NCBI GenBank assembly: GCA_001001185.1
Contig: LCKC01000007.1
Span: forward strand, 1-32,000
Direction: 5' to 3'
DNA from: Parcubacteria group bacterium GW2011_GWB1_45_10
Lineage (GTDB): Bacteria > Patescibacteriota > Minisyncoccia > UBA6257 > Brennerbacteraceae
Length of the DNA: 32,000 bases
Shown here: in pieces, positions 1-10,383 of the stretch
Layout: the number at the start of each line of letters is the position of its first letter
Position numbering within the stretch: the stretch's first letter is position 1
Notes under the pieces: generated by a model
What the model was told of the DNA's origin: nothing
The model's input: the letters and a program-made list of their open reading frames with translations, nothing else
Database searches by the model: none
Position numbers and translations under genes: made by a program

Positions 1-1866
1 GAGTTCCGTTTTAATCTGATTGACACTCCCGGGCATATTGATTTTACGATTGAGGTGAAGCGTTCGCTTCGCGTGCTTGACGGCGCGGTGGTTGTTTTTG
101 ACGGCGTTTCCGGAGTTGAGCCGCAGTCAGAAACCAACTGGCGTTATGCCGATGAATACAAAGTGCCGCGGCTCTGTTTTATCAATAAACTTGACCGGTT
201 GGGTGCGAGCTTTGACAGCTCTCTGGCATCAATTCACGAACGCTTGACCCCGAATGCTTTGCCGATCCAGCTGAACATCGGGCTGGAATCAGAGTTTTCC
301 GGCGTGATTGATTTAATCAGAATGAAAGCCGTCCGTTTTGAAGGCGAACACGGTGAAATCACCAAAGAAGAAGAGATTCCTTCAAACCTTCAAGCCCGGG
401 CCAAAGAAATGAGGGCGGCCATGGTTGAAAAAGCCGCCGAGCAGGATGATAGCTTGATGGAAAAATATCTTGCCGGTCATGAACTGAGCGAAGAACAGAT
501 TCGTTTAGGCCTTCGCAAAGGCACTTTGGCTTACAAGCTGGTGCCGGTTTTGTGCGGTTCAGCGCTCCATAATAAAGGCGTTCAGCTTTTACTTGACGCC
601 GTGGTTGATTTTTTGCCGTCGCCCGAAGATGTTTCTGAAGCAAAATCAATCAAAGGCATTCATCCGCGGACCGGCGAAGAAATTATCCGTCAGCCCAAAG
701 ATTCAGAATCGTTCACGGCGTTGGCTTTCAAGGTCGCCGCTGACCCGTTTGTCGGCAGCCTGGTTTATTTTCGGGTTTACGCCGGCACATTGAAGCGCGG
801 CAGTTATGTTTACAACGTCACCAAAGACAGCCAGGAGCGCGTCGGCAGAATCTTGAGAATGCACGCCAACCAGCGCGAAGAAGTGGAAGAGGTTTACACC
901 GGCGACATTGCCGCTTTTGTCGGCATGAAAAACACCACCACCGGCGACACTTTGTGCGCGCCCGGGTCGGAGATTTTGCTTGAAAAAATCATTGTTCCGG
1001 AACCGGTTATTTCCATGAAGATTGAGCCGAAAACAAAAGTTGACCAGGAAAAAATGGGCTTTGTTTTGAAAAAGCTCCAGGAAGAAGACCCGACCTTCAG
1101 AGTCAAGACTGACGAAGAGACTTTGGAAACGATTATTGCCGGCATGGGCGAGCTTCACCTGGATGTTTTGGTTGACCGGATGAAAAGAGAGTTTAATGTT
1201 GAGGTTAATGTCGGCCGGCCGCAGGTGGCTTATCGCGAAACAATCAAAAAAGAAGTTAAAGAAGAAGGCAAATACATCAGGCAGTCAGGCGGCCGCGGCC
1301 AGTACGGTCATGTCTGGCTGGATATCAAGCCGCAGGAGCGGGGTACGGGTTTCAAGTTTAACAACAAGATTAAAGGCGGCACGATTCCGAGCGAGTTTAT
1401 CCCGGCGGTTGAAAAAGGCGTCAAAGAAGCCATGGACAGGGGCATCTTGGCCGGCTTTACTATGACAGACATTGAAATCTCTCTTTATGACGGTTCTTAT
1501 CATGACGTTGATTCGTCTGAAGCGGCTTTCAAAATCGCCGGCTCAATGGCTTTTCAGTCCGGCGCCAAAAAAGCCGACCCGGTTTTGCTTGAGCCGATCA
1601 TGAAAGTTGAGGTGATTGTGCCGGAAAAGTTTTTGGGCGACGTCACCGGCGACTTGAGCTCCAAGCGCGCCAGAATTGAAAGAATGGGCGAGCGGGTTAA
1701 CTTGAGAGTGATTGATTCCATGGTGCCGTTGGCGGAGATGTTTGGTTACGCGACTAAACTCAGGTCAATGACTGAAGGTCGGGGAACGTTTACCATGGAG
1801 TTTGACCATTATGAGGAAGTCCCGAGAAACATTGCCGAACAAATCGCCGCGGGTACGAATAAGTAA
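1..1866 (+). CDS. fusA: Elongation factor G, 5' end truncated by window edge
   Basis: Frame 1 is open from base 1 ([19 protein letters not shown] = G-domain DxxG region). The listed ORF 55..1866 is only its internal GTG-to-stop part. EF-G domain III-V sequence continues ([15 protein letters not shown]). Confidence 0.95.
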   Translation, partial: EFRFNLIDTPGHIDFTIEVKRSLRVLDGAVVVFDGVSGVEPQSETNWRYADEYKVPRLCFINKLDRLGASFDSSLASIHERLTPNALPIQLNIGLESEFSGVIDLIRMKAVRFEGEHGEITKEEEIPSNLQARAKEMRAAMVEKAAEQDDSLMEKYLAGHELSEEQIRLGLRKGTLAYKLVPVLCGSALHNKGVQLLLDAVVDFLPSPEDVSEAKSIKGIHPRTGEEIIRQPKDSESFTALAFKVAADPFVGSLVYFRVYAGTLKRGSYVYNVTKDSQERVGRILRMHANQREEVEEVYTGDIAAFVGMKNTTTGDTLCAPGSEILLEKIIVPEPVISMKIEPKTKVDQEKMGFVLKKLQEEDPTFRVKTDEETLETIIAGMGELHLDVLVDRMKREFNVEVNVGRPQVAYRETIKKEVKEEGKYIRQSGGRGQYGHVWLDIKPQERGTGFKFNNKIKGGTIPSEFIPAVEKGVKEAMDRGILAGFTMTDIEISLYDGSYHDVDSSEAAFKIAGSMAFQSGAKKADPVLLEPIMKVEVIVPEKFLGDVTGDLSSKRARIERMGERVNLRVIDSMVPLAEMFGYATKLRSMTEGRGTFTMEFDHYEEVPRNIAEQIAAGTNK

Positions 1867-1936
1867 TTAACCCTCCTTCTCCGCCGGCTGGCGGATTCGG
1901 ATGGGTTAACCACACATAGCCTTTGGCGAAGTGCGA

Positions 1937-1965
1937 TTGACTTTCAGGTGGTTTTAAGTTAATAT
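1937..1965 (+). promoter_or_regulatory. Candidate sigma70-type promoter upstream of tuf (TTGACT-N17-TAATAT)
   Basis: TTGACT at 1937-1942, 17-nt spacer, TAATAT at 1960-1965, 45 nt before the tuf ATG. Confidence 0.5.
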
Positions 1966-2010
1966 AAATCTCACGTTATTAGTAAAAATTAAACTCATTA
2001 ATATAAGTTT

Positions 2011-3204
2011 ATGGCTACAGGAACATTTGAACGGAACAAGCCGCACGTGAACGTTGGCACTATCGGCCACGTTGACCACGGCAAAACAACCTTGACCTCG
2101 GCAATCACCAAGGTTTTGGCAATGAAAGGTCTGGCAAAAGGCCTTGATTACGCAGACATTGACAAAGCCCCGGAGGAAAAAGCCCGCGGCGTCACGATTA
2201 ACCTTCATCACACGGAGTACGAATCAGAGAAAAGGCACTACGCTCACATTGACGCGCCGGGCCACGCTGACTACATCAAAAACATGATTACGGGCGCGGC
2301 TCAGATGGACGGCGCCATTCTCGTGGTTTCCGCCCCTGACGGCCCAATGCCCCAGACTCGCGAACACATTCTTTTGGCTTACCAGGTTGGCGTGCCGAAG
2401 ATTATTGTGTTCATGAACAAAGTTGATATGGTTGACGATCCGGAACTGCTTGATTTGGTGGAAGCCGACATCAGGGAGCTTTTGAAAAAATACAACTTTC
2501 CCGGAGACGAAACGCCGATTATCCGCGGTTCAGCTTTGAAGGCCCAAGCGGCCAGCTCAATTGACGATGCGGCCGTCAAGCCGATTCTTGAATTGATTGA
2601 AAGGCTTGATGATTACATTCCCGAACCGGTCAGAGAAGTTGACAAGCCGTTTTTGATGCCGATTGAAGACATTTTCTCGATTGAAGGACGCGGCACTGTC
2701 GTTACCGGCAGAATTGAACGCGGCATGGTTAAGGTTAACGAAGAAGTTGAGATTGTCGGCATTAAGCCGACGGCGAAAACCGTGGTTACCGGCATTGAGA
2801 TGTTTAACAAATCTTTGTCTGAAGGCCGGGCTGGGGATAATGCCGGCATTCTTTTGCGCGGCACAAAGAAAGAAGACGTTCAGAGAGGCCAGGTTATTTC
2901 CAAGCCGGGTTCAGTCACGCCGCACACGGAGTTTGAGTGCGAGGTTTACGTCTTGAAAAAAGAAGAAGGCGGCCGCCACACGGCTTTCATGAACGGCTAC
3001 AAACCGCAGTTTTACATCAGAACGACTGACGTCACCGGCGATATCACTTTGCCGCAGGGCAGGGAGCTGGTCATGCCGGGTGACAACGCCACTTTCAGCG
3101 TCAAACTGATTCACCCGATTGCTTTGGAAGAAAAACAGAGATTCGCGTTCCGCGAAGGCGGCAAAACCGTCGGCGCCGGCGTGGTTACCAAGATTATCAA
3201 GTAA
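2011..3204 (+). CDS. tuf: Elongation factor Tu
   Basis: 397 aa with [15 protein letters not shown] and NKVD GTPase motifs. Full-length EF-Tu-like sequence in the conserved position after fusA. Confidence 0.97.
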   Translation: MATGTFERNKPHVNVGTIGHVDHGKTTLTSAITKVLAMKGLAKGLDYADIDKAPEEKARGVTINLHHTEYESEKRHYAHIDAPGHADYIKNMITGAAQMDGAILVVSAPDGPMPQTREHILLAYQVGVPKIIVFMNKVDMVDDPELLDLVEADIRELLKKYNFPGDETPIIRGSALKAQAASSIDDAAVKPILELIERLDDYIPEPVREVDKPFLMPIEDIFSIEGRGTVVTGRIERGMVKVNEEVEIVGIKPTAKTVVTGIEMFNKSLSEGRAGDNAGILLRGTKKEDVQRGQVISKPGSVTPHTEFECEVYVLKKEEGGRHTAFMNGYKPQFYIRTTDVTGDITLPQGRELVMPGDNATFSVKLIHPIALEEKQRFAFREGGKTVGAGVVTKIIK

Positions 3205-3212
3205 AATCGCGA

Positions 3213-3542
3213 ATGGCCCAGTCTTCAGAACCTAAACAAAAGATGAGAATCAAGATCCGGTCTTATGACCACAGAGTCATAGACAGTTCTTGTAAATTGA
3301 TTATTGAGACGGCTTCCCGCTACGGCGCGGAAGTCATTGGTCCGATTCCTTTGCCGACAGAGATAAAAAAATACACTGTCAACCGCTCGACTTTTGTCCA
3401 CAAAGATTCAAGAGAGCAGTTTGAGATGAGGGTTCACAAAAGGCTGATAGACATTCTCAATCCGTCGGCAAAAACCATTGAGGCGTTGACTAATCTGGTT
3501 CTGCCGGCGGGCACGGAAATTGAAGTGAAGATGGTGACATGA
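3213..3542 (+). CDS. rpsJ: 30S ribosomal protein S10
   Basis: 109 aa; [15 protein letters not shown] matches the S10 N-terminal signature. First gene of the S10 cluster. Confidence 0.95.
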   Translation: MAQSSEPKQKMRIKIRSYDHRVIDSSCKLIIETASRYGAEVIGPIPLPTEIKKYTVNRSTFVHKDSREQFEMRVHKRLIDILNPSAKTIEALTNLVLPAGTEIEVKMVT

Positions 3543-3596
3543 AAATTCAATCTTGGTCTGCGAGGCATCGGTTAGGGTCATAAAAAAGAGATTTTT

Positions 3597-3627
3597 TTGA
3601 AAAGCGTCCCAACCAGACGCTTTTCAA
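3597..3627 (+). other. 12-bp perfect hairpin in the unusually long rpsJ-rplC spacer
   Basis: TTGAAAAGCGTC (3597-3608), 7-nt loop, GACGCTTTTCAA (3616-3627). No downstream T-run on either strand, so not a classic intrinsic terminator. Confidence 0.6.
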
Positions 3628-3675
3628 AATGAATCGAGTAAGCTAAAAACACTTGTCATTGAATTAAATAAAGAC

Positions 3676-4281
3676 ATGAAACTGATTTTGGGGAAAAAAA
3701 TGGGCATGATGCAGGTTTTTGACAGCGAAGCTGGCAAAGCGGTTCCCGTGAGTTTAGTGGAAGCTGGTCCGGTGGTTGTCACTGCCGTTAAAACCGTTGA
3801 AAAACACGGTTATGCCGCCGTGCAGATCGGCTTTGGCAAGAAAAAATCAGTTAAAAAGCCGCAGAAAAAAATCGGCTCTTTTAGAATTTTGAGAGAGTTC
3901 AGGATTAATCAAAACCAGGAATCAGACTTCAAGATTGGCGATGAGATTAAAATTGATATCTTTAAAAAAGGCGAAAAAGTCGATGTTGCCGGAGTTTCCA
4001 AAGGCCGCGGTTTTACTGGTGTGGTCAAGCGCCATGGCTTTGCCGGCGGCCCGAAAAGCCACGGTCAAAAGCACAGATTAAGGGCTCCGGGTTCAATCGG
4101 CGCGACCACGCCGCAGAGAGTCGTCAAAGGCAAAAAAATGGCCGGCCATTTCGGCGCCCAAAGAGTTTCGGTCAGGGGTTTGGAAGTGATTGAGATAAAC
4201 CAGGACAAAAACATTGTTTTTTTGAAAGGCGCGATTCCCGGTTATAACAGTTCTTTGGTTGAGATAAGCTCCAAAAAATAA
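3676..4281 (+). CDS. rplC: 50S ribosomal protein L3
   Basis: 201 aa; ILGKKMGMMQVFD N-terminus typical of L3. Synteny. Confidence 0.95.
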   Translation: MKLILGKKMGMMQVFDSEAGKAVPVSLVEAGPVVVTAVKTVEKHGYAAVQIGFGKKKSVKKPQKKIGSFRILREFRINQNQESDFKIGDEIKIDIFKKGEKVDVAGVSKGRGFTGVVKRHGFAGGPKSHGQKHRLRAPGSIGATTPQRVVKGKKMAGHFGAQRVSVRGLEVIEINQDKNIVFLKGAIPGYNSSLVEISSKK

Positions 4282-4284
4282 TCA

Positions 4285-4929
4285 ATGAAACTCCCGGTTT
4301 ACAATTTGCAAGGAAAGATTGTTAAAGAAACAGAATTGCCTTTAGATATTTTCGGTCTTGCCCCGAACATGGATTTGATTTATCAGGTGACAAGAATCCT
4401 TCAGCTGCGGTTAAAAAAGCCGATTGCCCACGCCAAAGGCAGGGGCGAAGTTTCCGGCGGCGGCAAAAAACCGCGGCCGCAAAAAGGCACTGGCCGGTCC
4501 AGGCAAGGTTCAATTCGTTCGCCTTTATGGAAAGGCGGCGGCGTCACCCACGGCCCGTTGAATCTCAGGAACTACAACCTGAAACTGAACAAGAAAATGA
4601 AAGACCGGGCTTTGCTGGAAATTCTTTCGGCAAAAGCCGCCCAAGGTTTAATGATGGTTTTGGAAAAAGAAATCAAACTTTCCGATGCAAAAACTAAACT
4701 GGCCGACGCGATGATGAAAAAAGTTTTCGGCGAGAATAAAAAAATCAAGCGAACTTTGCTCTTGCATGATTTTAAAGACAAGGTTGAGGCGCGCGCTTTT
4801 TACAATCTGCCTTATTTGAAGCTGATTCCGGTGAGAAACGTTAACATTCTTGATTTGGTAAATTTTCCGCGGCTTTTCCTGTCGGAAAAGTCTTTGAGCG
4901 ATTTAATTAAGTTTTTGGCGAAGCAATAA
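4285..4929 (+). CDS. rplD: 50S ribosomal protein L4
   Basis: 214 aa; basic GRGEVSGGGKKPRPQKGTGRSRQGS loop typical of L4. Synteny. Confidence 0.9.
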   Translation: MKLPVYNLQGKIVKETELPLDIFGLAPNMDLIYQVTRILQLRLKKPIAHAKGRGEVSGGGKKPRPQKGTGRSRQGSIRSPLWKGGGVTHGPLNLRNYNLKLNKKMKDRALLEILSAKAAQGLMMVLEKEIKLSDAKTKLADAMMKKVFGENKKIKRTLLLHDFKDKVEARAFYNLPYLKLIPVRNVNILDLVNFPRLFLSEKSLSDLIKFLAKQ

Positions 4930-4931
4930 TC

Positions 4932-5228
4932 ATGACCATCGCGAAAAAACAACCGGAGATTCAGATTTTGAAACATCCGCACCTGAGCGAAAAAGCCAGT
5001 TTGCTTAAAGACGCCGGCAATGCTTTTGTTTTTGTCGTTTCCAAGAACGCCAACAAGAAAACCGTTAAAGATGAAATCGAGCGGCTTTATAAAGTTGAGG
5101 TGGTAAACGTCCGGATTGTTAATCTTCCGAAAAAGCCGAAAAATCTCGGGCGGACCAGAGGTTTTAAGCCGGGTTTGAAAAAAGCGATTATTTATGTCAA
5201 AAAGGGACAGACGATTAACGTTGTCTAA
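4932..5228 (+). CDS. rplW: 50S ribosomal protein L23
   Basis: 98 aa; size and position between L4 and L2; HLSEKA and KKAIIY motifs. Confidence 0.9.
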   Translation: MTIAKKQPEIQILKHPHLSEKASLLKDAGNAFVFVVSKNANKKTVKDEIERLYKVEVVNVRIVNLPKKPKNLGRTRGFKPGLKKAIIYVKKGQTINVV

Positions 5229-5234
5229 TTTTTC

Positions 5235-6077
5235 ATGGCGATAAAAACAGCAAAACCAAAGACTCCGGGAAGAAGGCACTACCAAGTGATTGATTATTCT
5301 TTTCTTTCCAAGACCGGGCCTTACAAGCCGCTTTTATCAAGCAAGAAAAAAACCGGCGGCCGGAATAACCGCGGCCGCATCACCATGAGGCATCAAGGCG
5401 GCGGCGCCAAACAGATGTACCGTCTGGTTGAGTTCGGCCAGGGGTTTTTGGGTCAGAAAGCCAGGGTGGAAACCATTGAGTACGATCCGAACCGGACGGC
5501 TTTTATCTGCCTGGTAGTTGTTGAGAATGGCAAAAGGTGTTATATCTTGGCGCCAGCCAATGTTAAAGTCGGCGACACGATTGAGATAGCTGAGAAAACC
5601 GAGTTCAAACCAGGTAATCGGATGAAGTTAAAAAACATTCCTGTTGGCACTCAAGTTCATAACATTGAGCTTCGCCCCGGACAAAAAGGCAGGCTGGCTC
5701 GTTCAGCCGGGTCTTTTGCCGTGGTTATGGCTCATGAAGGAAAGTACGCGACTTTGAAAATGCCTTCAAGCGAGATCAGGAAAGTCAGCGTTGAATCTTT
5801 TGCTTCGATTGGCCAGGTTTCAAACTTTGAACGCCGCTTAATCAGCTGGGGCAAGGCTGGCCGGTCAAGATTAAGAGGCATCCGGCCGACGGTCAGGGGC
5901 AAAGTGATGAACCCGAGAGATCATCCTTACGGCGGCGGCGAAGGCAAAACCACGAGAGGCACCAAGAGGCCGAAAGACAAGTGGGGCAATATCACCGGCG
6001 GGAAAAAGACCAGGAACAAGAAAAAATGGTCAAGCAAATTCATTATGCAGAGACGGATTAAAACTAAAAAGAGTTAA
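5235..6077 (+). CDS. rplB: 50S ribosomal protein L2
   Basis: 280 aa; [15 protein letters not shown] and [12 protein letters not shown] motifs. Confidence 0.96.
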   Translation: MAIKTAKPKTPGRRHYQVIDYSFLSKTGPYKPLLSSKKKTGGRNNRGRITMRHQGGGAKQMYRLVEFGQGFLGQKARVETIEYDPNRTAFICLVVVENGKRCYILAPANVKVGDTIEIAEKTEFKPGNRMKLKNIPVGTQVHNIELRPGQKGRLARSAGSFAVVMAHEGKYATLKMPSSEIRKVSVESFASIGQVSNFERRLISWGKAGRSRLRGIRPTVRGKVMNPRDHPYGGGEGKTTRGTKRPKDKWGNITGGKKTRNKKKWSSKFIMQRRIKTKKS

Positions 6078-6085
6078 ATCAAAAC

Positions 6086-6403
6086 ATGAGCCGAAGTCTT
6101 AAAAAAGGTCCGTACGTGGATCAAAAACTGCTGAAAAAAGTTTTAAACCTTCCGGATCAAGGAAGGTCAGTGAGCAAAACTTTGATAAAAACCTGGGCCC
6201 GGGACTGCACGATTGTCCCGGAGATGGTTGGTTTTACTTTTGGCGTTCACAATGGTAAAAACTTTATTGAGGTTTTTGTGACTGAAGATATGGTCGGCCA
6301 CAAGCTGGGTGAGTTTTCGCCGACGCGCAAATTCATTAGGCACGGCGGCAAAAAGCAGAAAGAAATAGAAAACAAGCAAAAACCCGCTCCGGCGGCTAAA
6401 TAA
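6086..6403 (+). CDS. rpsS: 30S ribosomal protein S19
   Basis: 105 aa; [12 protein letters not shown] and HNGK..V.V...MVGHKLGEF signatures. Confidence 0.95.
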   Translation: MSRSLKKGPYVDQKLLKKVLNLPDQGRSVSKTLIKTWARDCTIVPEMVGFTFGVHNGKNFIEVFVTEDMVGHKLGEFSPTRKFIRHGGKKQKEIENKQKPAPAAK

Positions 6404-6408
6404 AAATT

Positions 6409-6915
6409 ATGGATTCAGTTTTCGCCAAATTAAAGAATTTACGGATTTCGCCGAAAAAAATCACGCAGGTGACGCGTCTTTTGAAGGGCATGAGCTATCA
6501 AGACGCCGAAGCGCATCTCCGTTATCTGCCGCAAAAAAGCGTTCCGGCGCTGCGCAAACTTTTGCTTTCCGCGGCCGCCAACGCCGAAAACAACTTCAAT
6601 CTTTCGCGCCAGGATTTGTTTGTGGAAAAGATCTTGGTTGATTCAGGGCCGACTTTGAAACGGTTCCGGGCGAGAGCCAGGGGCGCGGCTGGGGCGATAA
6701 ACAAGAGAACTTCGCATGTCACGATTTTTCTGGCTTCTTCAACCGGCAAAAAACCGGAAAAAGCCAAATCCAGAACTGGAAAATCAAAAGAATCAATCGT
6801 CAAACTTTCCGGGCGTTCAAAAAAAGCCGGCGTCCAGGACAAAAAATTAATGAAAGAAAAAATCAGGAAAACCCAGCAGACCAAAGAAAAAGTTTTCCAA
6901 AGAAAAGCGATTTAA
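6409..6915 (+). CDS. rplV: 50S ribosomal protein L22 with ~55-aa lysine-rich C-terminal extension
   Basis: The N-terminal ~110 aa is L22-like (RISPKK, RFRARARGAAGAINKRTSHV). The remainder is a K/S/E-rich tail. Confidence 0.9.
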   Translation: MDSVFAKLKNLRISPKKITQVTRLLKGMSYQDAEAHLRYLPQKSVPALRKLLLSAAANAENNFNLSRQDLFVEKILVDSGPTLKRFRARARGAAGAINKRTSHVTIFLASSTGKKPEKAKSRTGKSKESIVKLSGRSKKAGVQDKKLMKEKIRKTQQTKEKVFQRKAI

Positions 6916-6931
6916 TTATTCCCAACCATCA

Positions 6932-7597
6932 ATGACGCACAAAACCAACCCACTTGTTTACCGCTTAGGCATTTTTGAAAACTGGAGCTCGCGCTACTTC
7001 AAGCCCCGGGAGCTTGGTTTTCTTTTGGAAGAAGACCAGCTCATCCGCGATGTTGTCAATAAAAGATTCAAGCGCTCTGGGATTGAAAAAGTTGACCTTG
7101 AAAGAAGCGGCAATCAGATAAGAATCTTCATTTTTTCCGCGAGGCCGGGTTTGATTATCGGTCGCGGCGGCACGGGCATCAACGATCTCAGGAATGAGAT
7201 TGAAAGAGCCATCAGAAAATTGAGAGCCAAGAAAAAGAAAAATCCTGACTTTTTGATTCAGGTTAATGTTGAAGAAGTCAAAAAACCGGAGATTTCGGCG
7301 CAGATTGTCGCGGAAAACGTTGCCATGAGCTTGGAAAAAAGAATTCCGTTCAGAAGAGTGATAAAAGGAACGATTGCCAAAGTCATGAGCTATAAAGAGG
7401 TTAAAGGCGTCAAGGTCAGGATTTCGGGCAGGCTGGACGGCGCTGACATTGCCAGAGACGAATGGCTGAGCGACGGCAAGATTCCTTTGATAACTTTGAG
7501 GTCAAAAATAGATTACGCCACGACTCGGGCGACAATTCCCCAGGGCGATCTTGGCGTTAAGGTCTGGATTTACAAAGGCGAGCAAATTAAAGAATAA
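6932..7597 (+). CDS. rpsC: 30S ribosomal protein S3
   Basis: 221 aa; THKTNPLVYRLG N-terminus and KH-domain GLIIGRGG motif. Confidence 0.95.
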   Translation: MTHKTNPLVYRLGIFENWSSRYFKPRELGFLLEEDQLIRDVVNKRFKRSGIEKVDLERSGNQIRIFIFSARPGLIIGRGGTGINDLRNEIERAIRKLRAKKKKNPDFLIQVNVEEVKKPEISAQIVAENVAMSLEKRIPFRRVIKGTIAKVMSYKEVKGVKVRISGRLDGADIARDEWLSDGKIPLITLRSKIDYATTRATIPQGDLGVKVWIYKGEQIKE

Positions 7598-7607
7598 ACC
7601 GATTTTC

Positions 7608-8027
7608 ATGCTGGCACCGAGAAAAATGAAGCACAAGAAGTGGAACCGAGGCCGTTCCCGAAGCCGGATAAAAGAAACCCGCGGCACCAAGCTGGTTTTC
7701 GGTTCTTTTGGTTTGCAGGCTTTGGAGGCCAAATGGCTTAAAGCGTCGCAGATTGAATCAGCCAGAAAAGTCATTTCCAAGTACGCGAAAAAAGGCGGCA
7801 AGATGTGGATCAGGGTTTTTCCGGACAAGCCGGTGACCCAGAAGCCGCCGGAAGTGACCATGGGTTCAGGCAAGGGCGCGGTTGACCACTATGTTTTTCC
7901 GGTCAAGCCGGGCCGGGTTTTGTTTGAAGTGGACGGCGTCGCCAAAGAAATCGCCAAAGCCGCTTTGAAACAAGCCGGGCACAAAATGCCGTTTAAGACC
8001 AGAATCATTGAAAAAGAACAATCATGA
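7608..8027 (+). CDS. rplP: 50S ribosomal protein L16
   Basis: The listed ORF starts at 7551 inside rpsC. The ATG at 7608 gives MLAPRKMKHKKWNRGR, matching the L16 N-terminus (MLxPKRxKxRKxxKGR), and lies 10 nt after the rpsC stop. Confidence 0.92.
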   Translation: MLAPRKMKHKKWNRGRSRSRIKETRGTKLVFGSFGLQALEAKWLKASQIESARKVISKYAKKGGKMWIRVFPDKPVTQKPPEVTMGSGKGAVDHYVFPVKPGRVLFEVDGVAKEIAKAALKQAGHKMPFKTRIIEKEQS

Positions 8028-8224
8028 AAAAATCTCTTGACCTGGAAAATAAAACTATTGTCGAACTGGCCGCTTTGATTACCGACCAGAAAAAAAAGCT
8101 CCAAGACTTGAGTTTTGACTTAAAATTGGGTAAATTACAAAATACCAGCCAGATCGGCAAGCTCAAAAAAGAGATTGCCAGAATCAAGCTGGTTTTAAAA
8201 TTGAAACATGGAAAAAAAGTCTAA
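8024..8224 (+). CDS. rpmC: 50S ribosomal protein L29
   Basis: 66 aa helical, K/L-rich. ATGA overlap with the rplP stop. Conserved position. Confidence 0.85.
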   Translation: MKKSLDLENKTIVELAALITDQKKKLQDLSFDLKLGKLQNTSQIGKLKKEIARIKLVLKLKHGKKV

Positions 8225-8465
8225 AAAAAGAAAATTATCCGGCGAGGTGGTTTCCGCCAAGATGCAGAAAACCGCGGTTGTTGTTGTCAAACGGGTGAAG
8301 ACCCATCCGCTTTACCATAAGCGAATGGTTCTTTCTTCAAGGTTCAAAGCGGAAAACCCGGACAATAAATTCCGCGAAGGCGATTATGTTGTGATTGAAG
8401 AAACCCGGCCGATGTCAAAAGGCAAGCGCTGGCTGATTATTGGGAAAACTAAACAGTTAATTTAA
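8208..8465 (+). CDS. rpsQ: 30S ribosomal protein S17
   Basis: 85 aa; KLSGEVVSAKMQKTAVVVV matches the S17 signature. Overlaps rpmC by 17 nt. Confidence 0.9.
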   Translation: MEKKSKKRKLSGEVVSAKMQKTAVVVVKRVKTHPLYHKRMVLSSRFKAENPDNKFREGDYVVIEETRPMSKGKRWLIIGKTKQLI

Positions 8466-8467
8466 AT

Positions 8468-8836
8468 ATGATTCAACTGAGGTCAATGTTAAGAGTGGCT
8501 GATAACAGCGGCGCCAAAATCGTCCAGTGCTTCAGGGTTTACGGCGGTTCAAACAGGAAGTACGGTGAAATCGGCGACGTGATTATGGCGGCGGTTAAAG
8601 AAGCCGAACCGAGAAAAATCGTCAAAAAGCACGACAAAGTCAAAGCCGTGATTGTCAGGCAGAGAAAGCCCTTGAGAAGGAAAGACGGTTCATATGTCCG
8701 TTTCGACGACAACGCCGTAGTTATCCTTGAAAAAGGTTTTGAGATGAAAGGCGGCCGGATTTTCGGCCCGATTGCCAGAGAAGTAAAAGAAAGGGGCTAC
8801 GACAAAATCGCTTCTTTGGCCGAAGAAGTCATTTAA
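8468..8836 (+). CDS. rplN: 50S ribosomal protein L14
   Basis: 122 aa; MIQLRSMLRVADNSGAK is a canonical L14 N-terminus. Confidence 0.96.
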   Translation: MIQLRSMLRVADNSGAKIVQCFRVYGGSNRKYGEIGDVIMAAVKEAEPRKIVKKHDKVKAVIVRQRKPLRRKDGSYVRFDDNAVVILEKGFEMKGGRIFGPIAREVKERGYDKIASLAEEVI

Positions 8837-8844
8837 ACTCAAAT

Positions 8845-9165
8845 ATGGCGGAGATAAACTTAAAATTGAAAAAAGGCGACTTGGTCAAAGTGGTTTCCGG
8901 AAAAGAAAAAGGCAAGCAAGCCAAAATTTTAAAGACCTTTCCCAAGCGGAGGAAATTGATATTGGAGAATCTTTTTCTGGTCAAAAAAATCCGGCGGCCG
9001 AGAAAAGCCGGCGAAAAAGGCGAAATCATCAATCTGGCGATGCCGGTTTCCGTTTCAAAAGTCATGCTTGTTTGTCCGTCTTGCAACAAAGCCGTCAGGG
9101 TCGGATATTCCTTTAAAAGCAAAGAAAAAACCAGAGTCTGCAAAAGCTGCGGCAACAAAGTTTAA
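8845..9165 (+). CDS. rplX: 50S ribosomal protein L24 with C-terminal CxxC...CxxC zinc ribbon
   Basis: 106 aa; KKGDLVKVVSGKEKGK KOW motif; CPSC...CKSC near the C-terminus. Confidence 0.9.
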   Translation: MAEINLKLKKGDLVKVVSGKEKGKQAKILKTFPKRRKLILENLFLVKKIRRPRKAGEKGEIINLAMPVSVSKVMLVCPSCNKAVRVGYSFKSKEKTRVCKSCGNKV

Positions 9166-9174
9166 GCTTATTTT

Positions 9175-9735
9175 ATGGCAAAGTTAAAACAAAAATTTGA
9201 GACAAAAATTGCGCCCTTATTGAAAAAAGAGCTTGGTTTGGATAATATGTATCAAGTTCCGAAGCCGGTAAAGGTCGTCGTCAACTGCGGTTTTGGCAGG
9301 TTAGTCGCCGGAGACGACAAAAAAGACCAGCGCGCCGCGGTTTTACAAGAGGTTTCCAAAATCCTTTCTTTGATTACCGGCCAGAAGCCGAAAGCGAACC
9401 ACGCCAAAAAATCAATCGCCGGATTCAAGCTCAGGGAAAACGAGCTCATTGGTTTATCCGTCACCTTGAGGGGCGAACGGATGTTTGATTTTTTGGAAAG
9501 GTTCATCAACCTGAGCTTGGCGCGCGTCAGGGATTTTCGCGGCATCCCGGAAAGTTCAGTTTCGCCGGACGGGATTTTAAACGTCGGCGTCAAAGAACAC
9601 CTTGTTTTTCCGGAGTTGATTGGCGAAGATTTCAAAAGAATTTACGGGCTTCAGGTGACGGTCGTGCCGAAAGTGCAAAATCGGGAGCAGGCGCTGAAGC
9701 TTTATCGGGCGTTAAACGTTCCGTTGCAGAAATAA
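9175..9735 (+). CDS. rplE: 50S ribosomal protein L5
   Basis: 186 aa; L5-like throughout (VVVNCGFG, GLSVTLRGERMFDFLERF, RDFRG). Confidence 0.95.
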   Translation: MAKLKQKFETKIAPLLKKELGLDNMYQVPKPVKVVVNCGFGRLVAGDDKKDQRAAVLQEVSKILSLITGQKPKANHAKKSIAGFKLRENELIGLSVTLRGERMFDFLERFINLSLARVRDFRGIPESSVSPDGILNVGVKEHLVFPELIGEDFKRIYGLQVTVVPKVQNREQALKLYRALNVPLQK

Positions 9736-9747
9736 TTTTTATTTAAA

Positions 9748-9933
9748 ATGGCAAAAAAATCAGTCATCGCCAGAGCGTTAAAAAAACCAAAATACGAAAC
9801 CCGGTCGTCCAGGCGGTGTTTTAATTGCGGCAGAAAAAGAGCTTATATGAGAAAGTTCAATCTTTGCCGGATCTGTTTCCGCGAAATGGCTTCCAAAGGC
9901 TTGATTCCCGGAGTCAGAAAATCAAGCTGGTAG
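9748..9933 (+). CDS. rpsN: 30S ribosomal protein S14, zinc-binding type Z
   Basis: 61 aa; CFNCGR...CRIC cysteine pairs and terminal KSSW, as in short type-Z S14. Confidence 0.93.
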   Translation: MAKKSVIARALKKPKYETRSSRRCFNCGRKRAYMRKFNLCRICFREMASKGLIPGVRKSSW

Positions 9934-9961
9934 TTCGACAAGCTCACTATAAATAATATCT

Positions 9962-10345
9962 ATGGATACAGTCGCAAACATGCTGACAATCATCAGAAAC
10001 GGGCAGATGGCCGAGAAAGAAACGGTTAAAGTTCCGTATTCCAACTTCAAATTTGAACTGGCTAAGTTTCTTGAAGGGCTCGGTTTTATTTCTGGCGTGG
10101 AAAAAATCGGCAAAAAAGAAAAACGCGTCATTGAGATTTCTCTGAAGTACGACGAAAACAAGCAGGGAGCCATTAGTCTGATTAAAAAAGTTTCCAAGCC
10201 CGGTCGGAGAAGCTACTCTTCTTACGAAGAATTGAGGTGGCCGAAAGGGTCGGTTTTGGTGGTTTCAACCTCAAAAGGCCTGATGACTGCTGAAAAATCC
10301 AGGAAAGCCAAGCTCGGCGGAGAATTAATCTGCTTAGTTTCTTGA
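9962..10345 (+). CDS. rpsH: 30S ribosomal protein S8
   Basis: 127 aa; DTVANMLTIIRNG N-terminus typical of S8. Confidence 0.93.
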   Translation: MDTVANMLTIIRNGQMAEKETVKVPYSNFKFELAKFLEGLGFISGVEKIGKKEKRVIEISLKYDENKQGAISLIKKVSKPGRRSYSSYEELRWPKGSVLVVSTSKGLMTAEKSRKAKLGGELICLVS

Positions 10346-10377
10346 ATTGAAAATTGAAAATTGAGAACTGAAAATTA
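10346..10377 (+). repeat. Heptamer tandem repeat ATTGAAA/ATTGAAA/ATTGAGA/ACTGAAA in the rpsH-rplF spacer
   Basis: Read directly: four 7-nt units at 10347-10374 fill most of the spacer. Confidence 0.9.
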
Positions 10378-10383
10378 TTTTAT

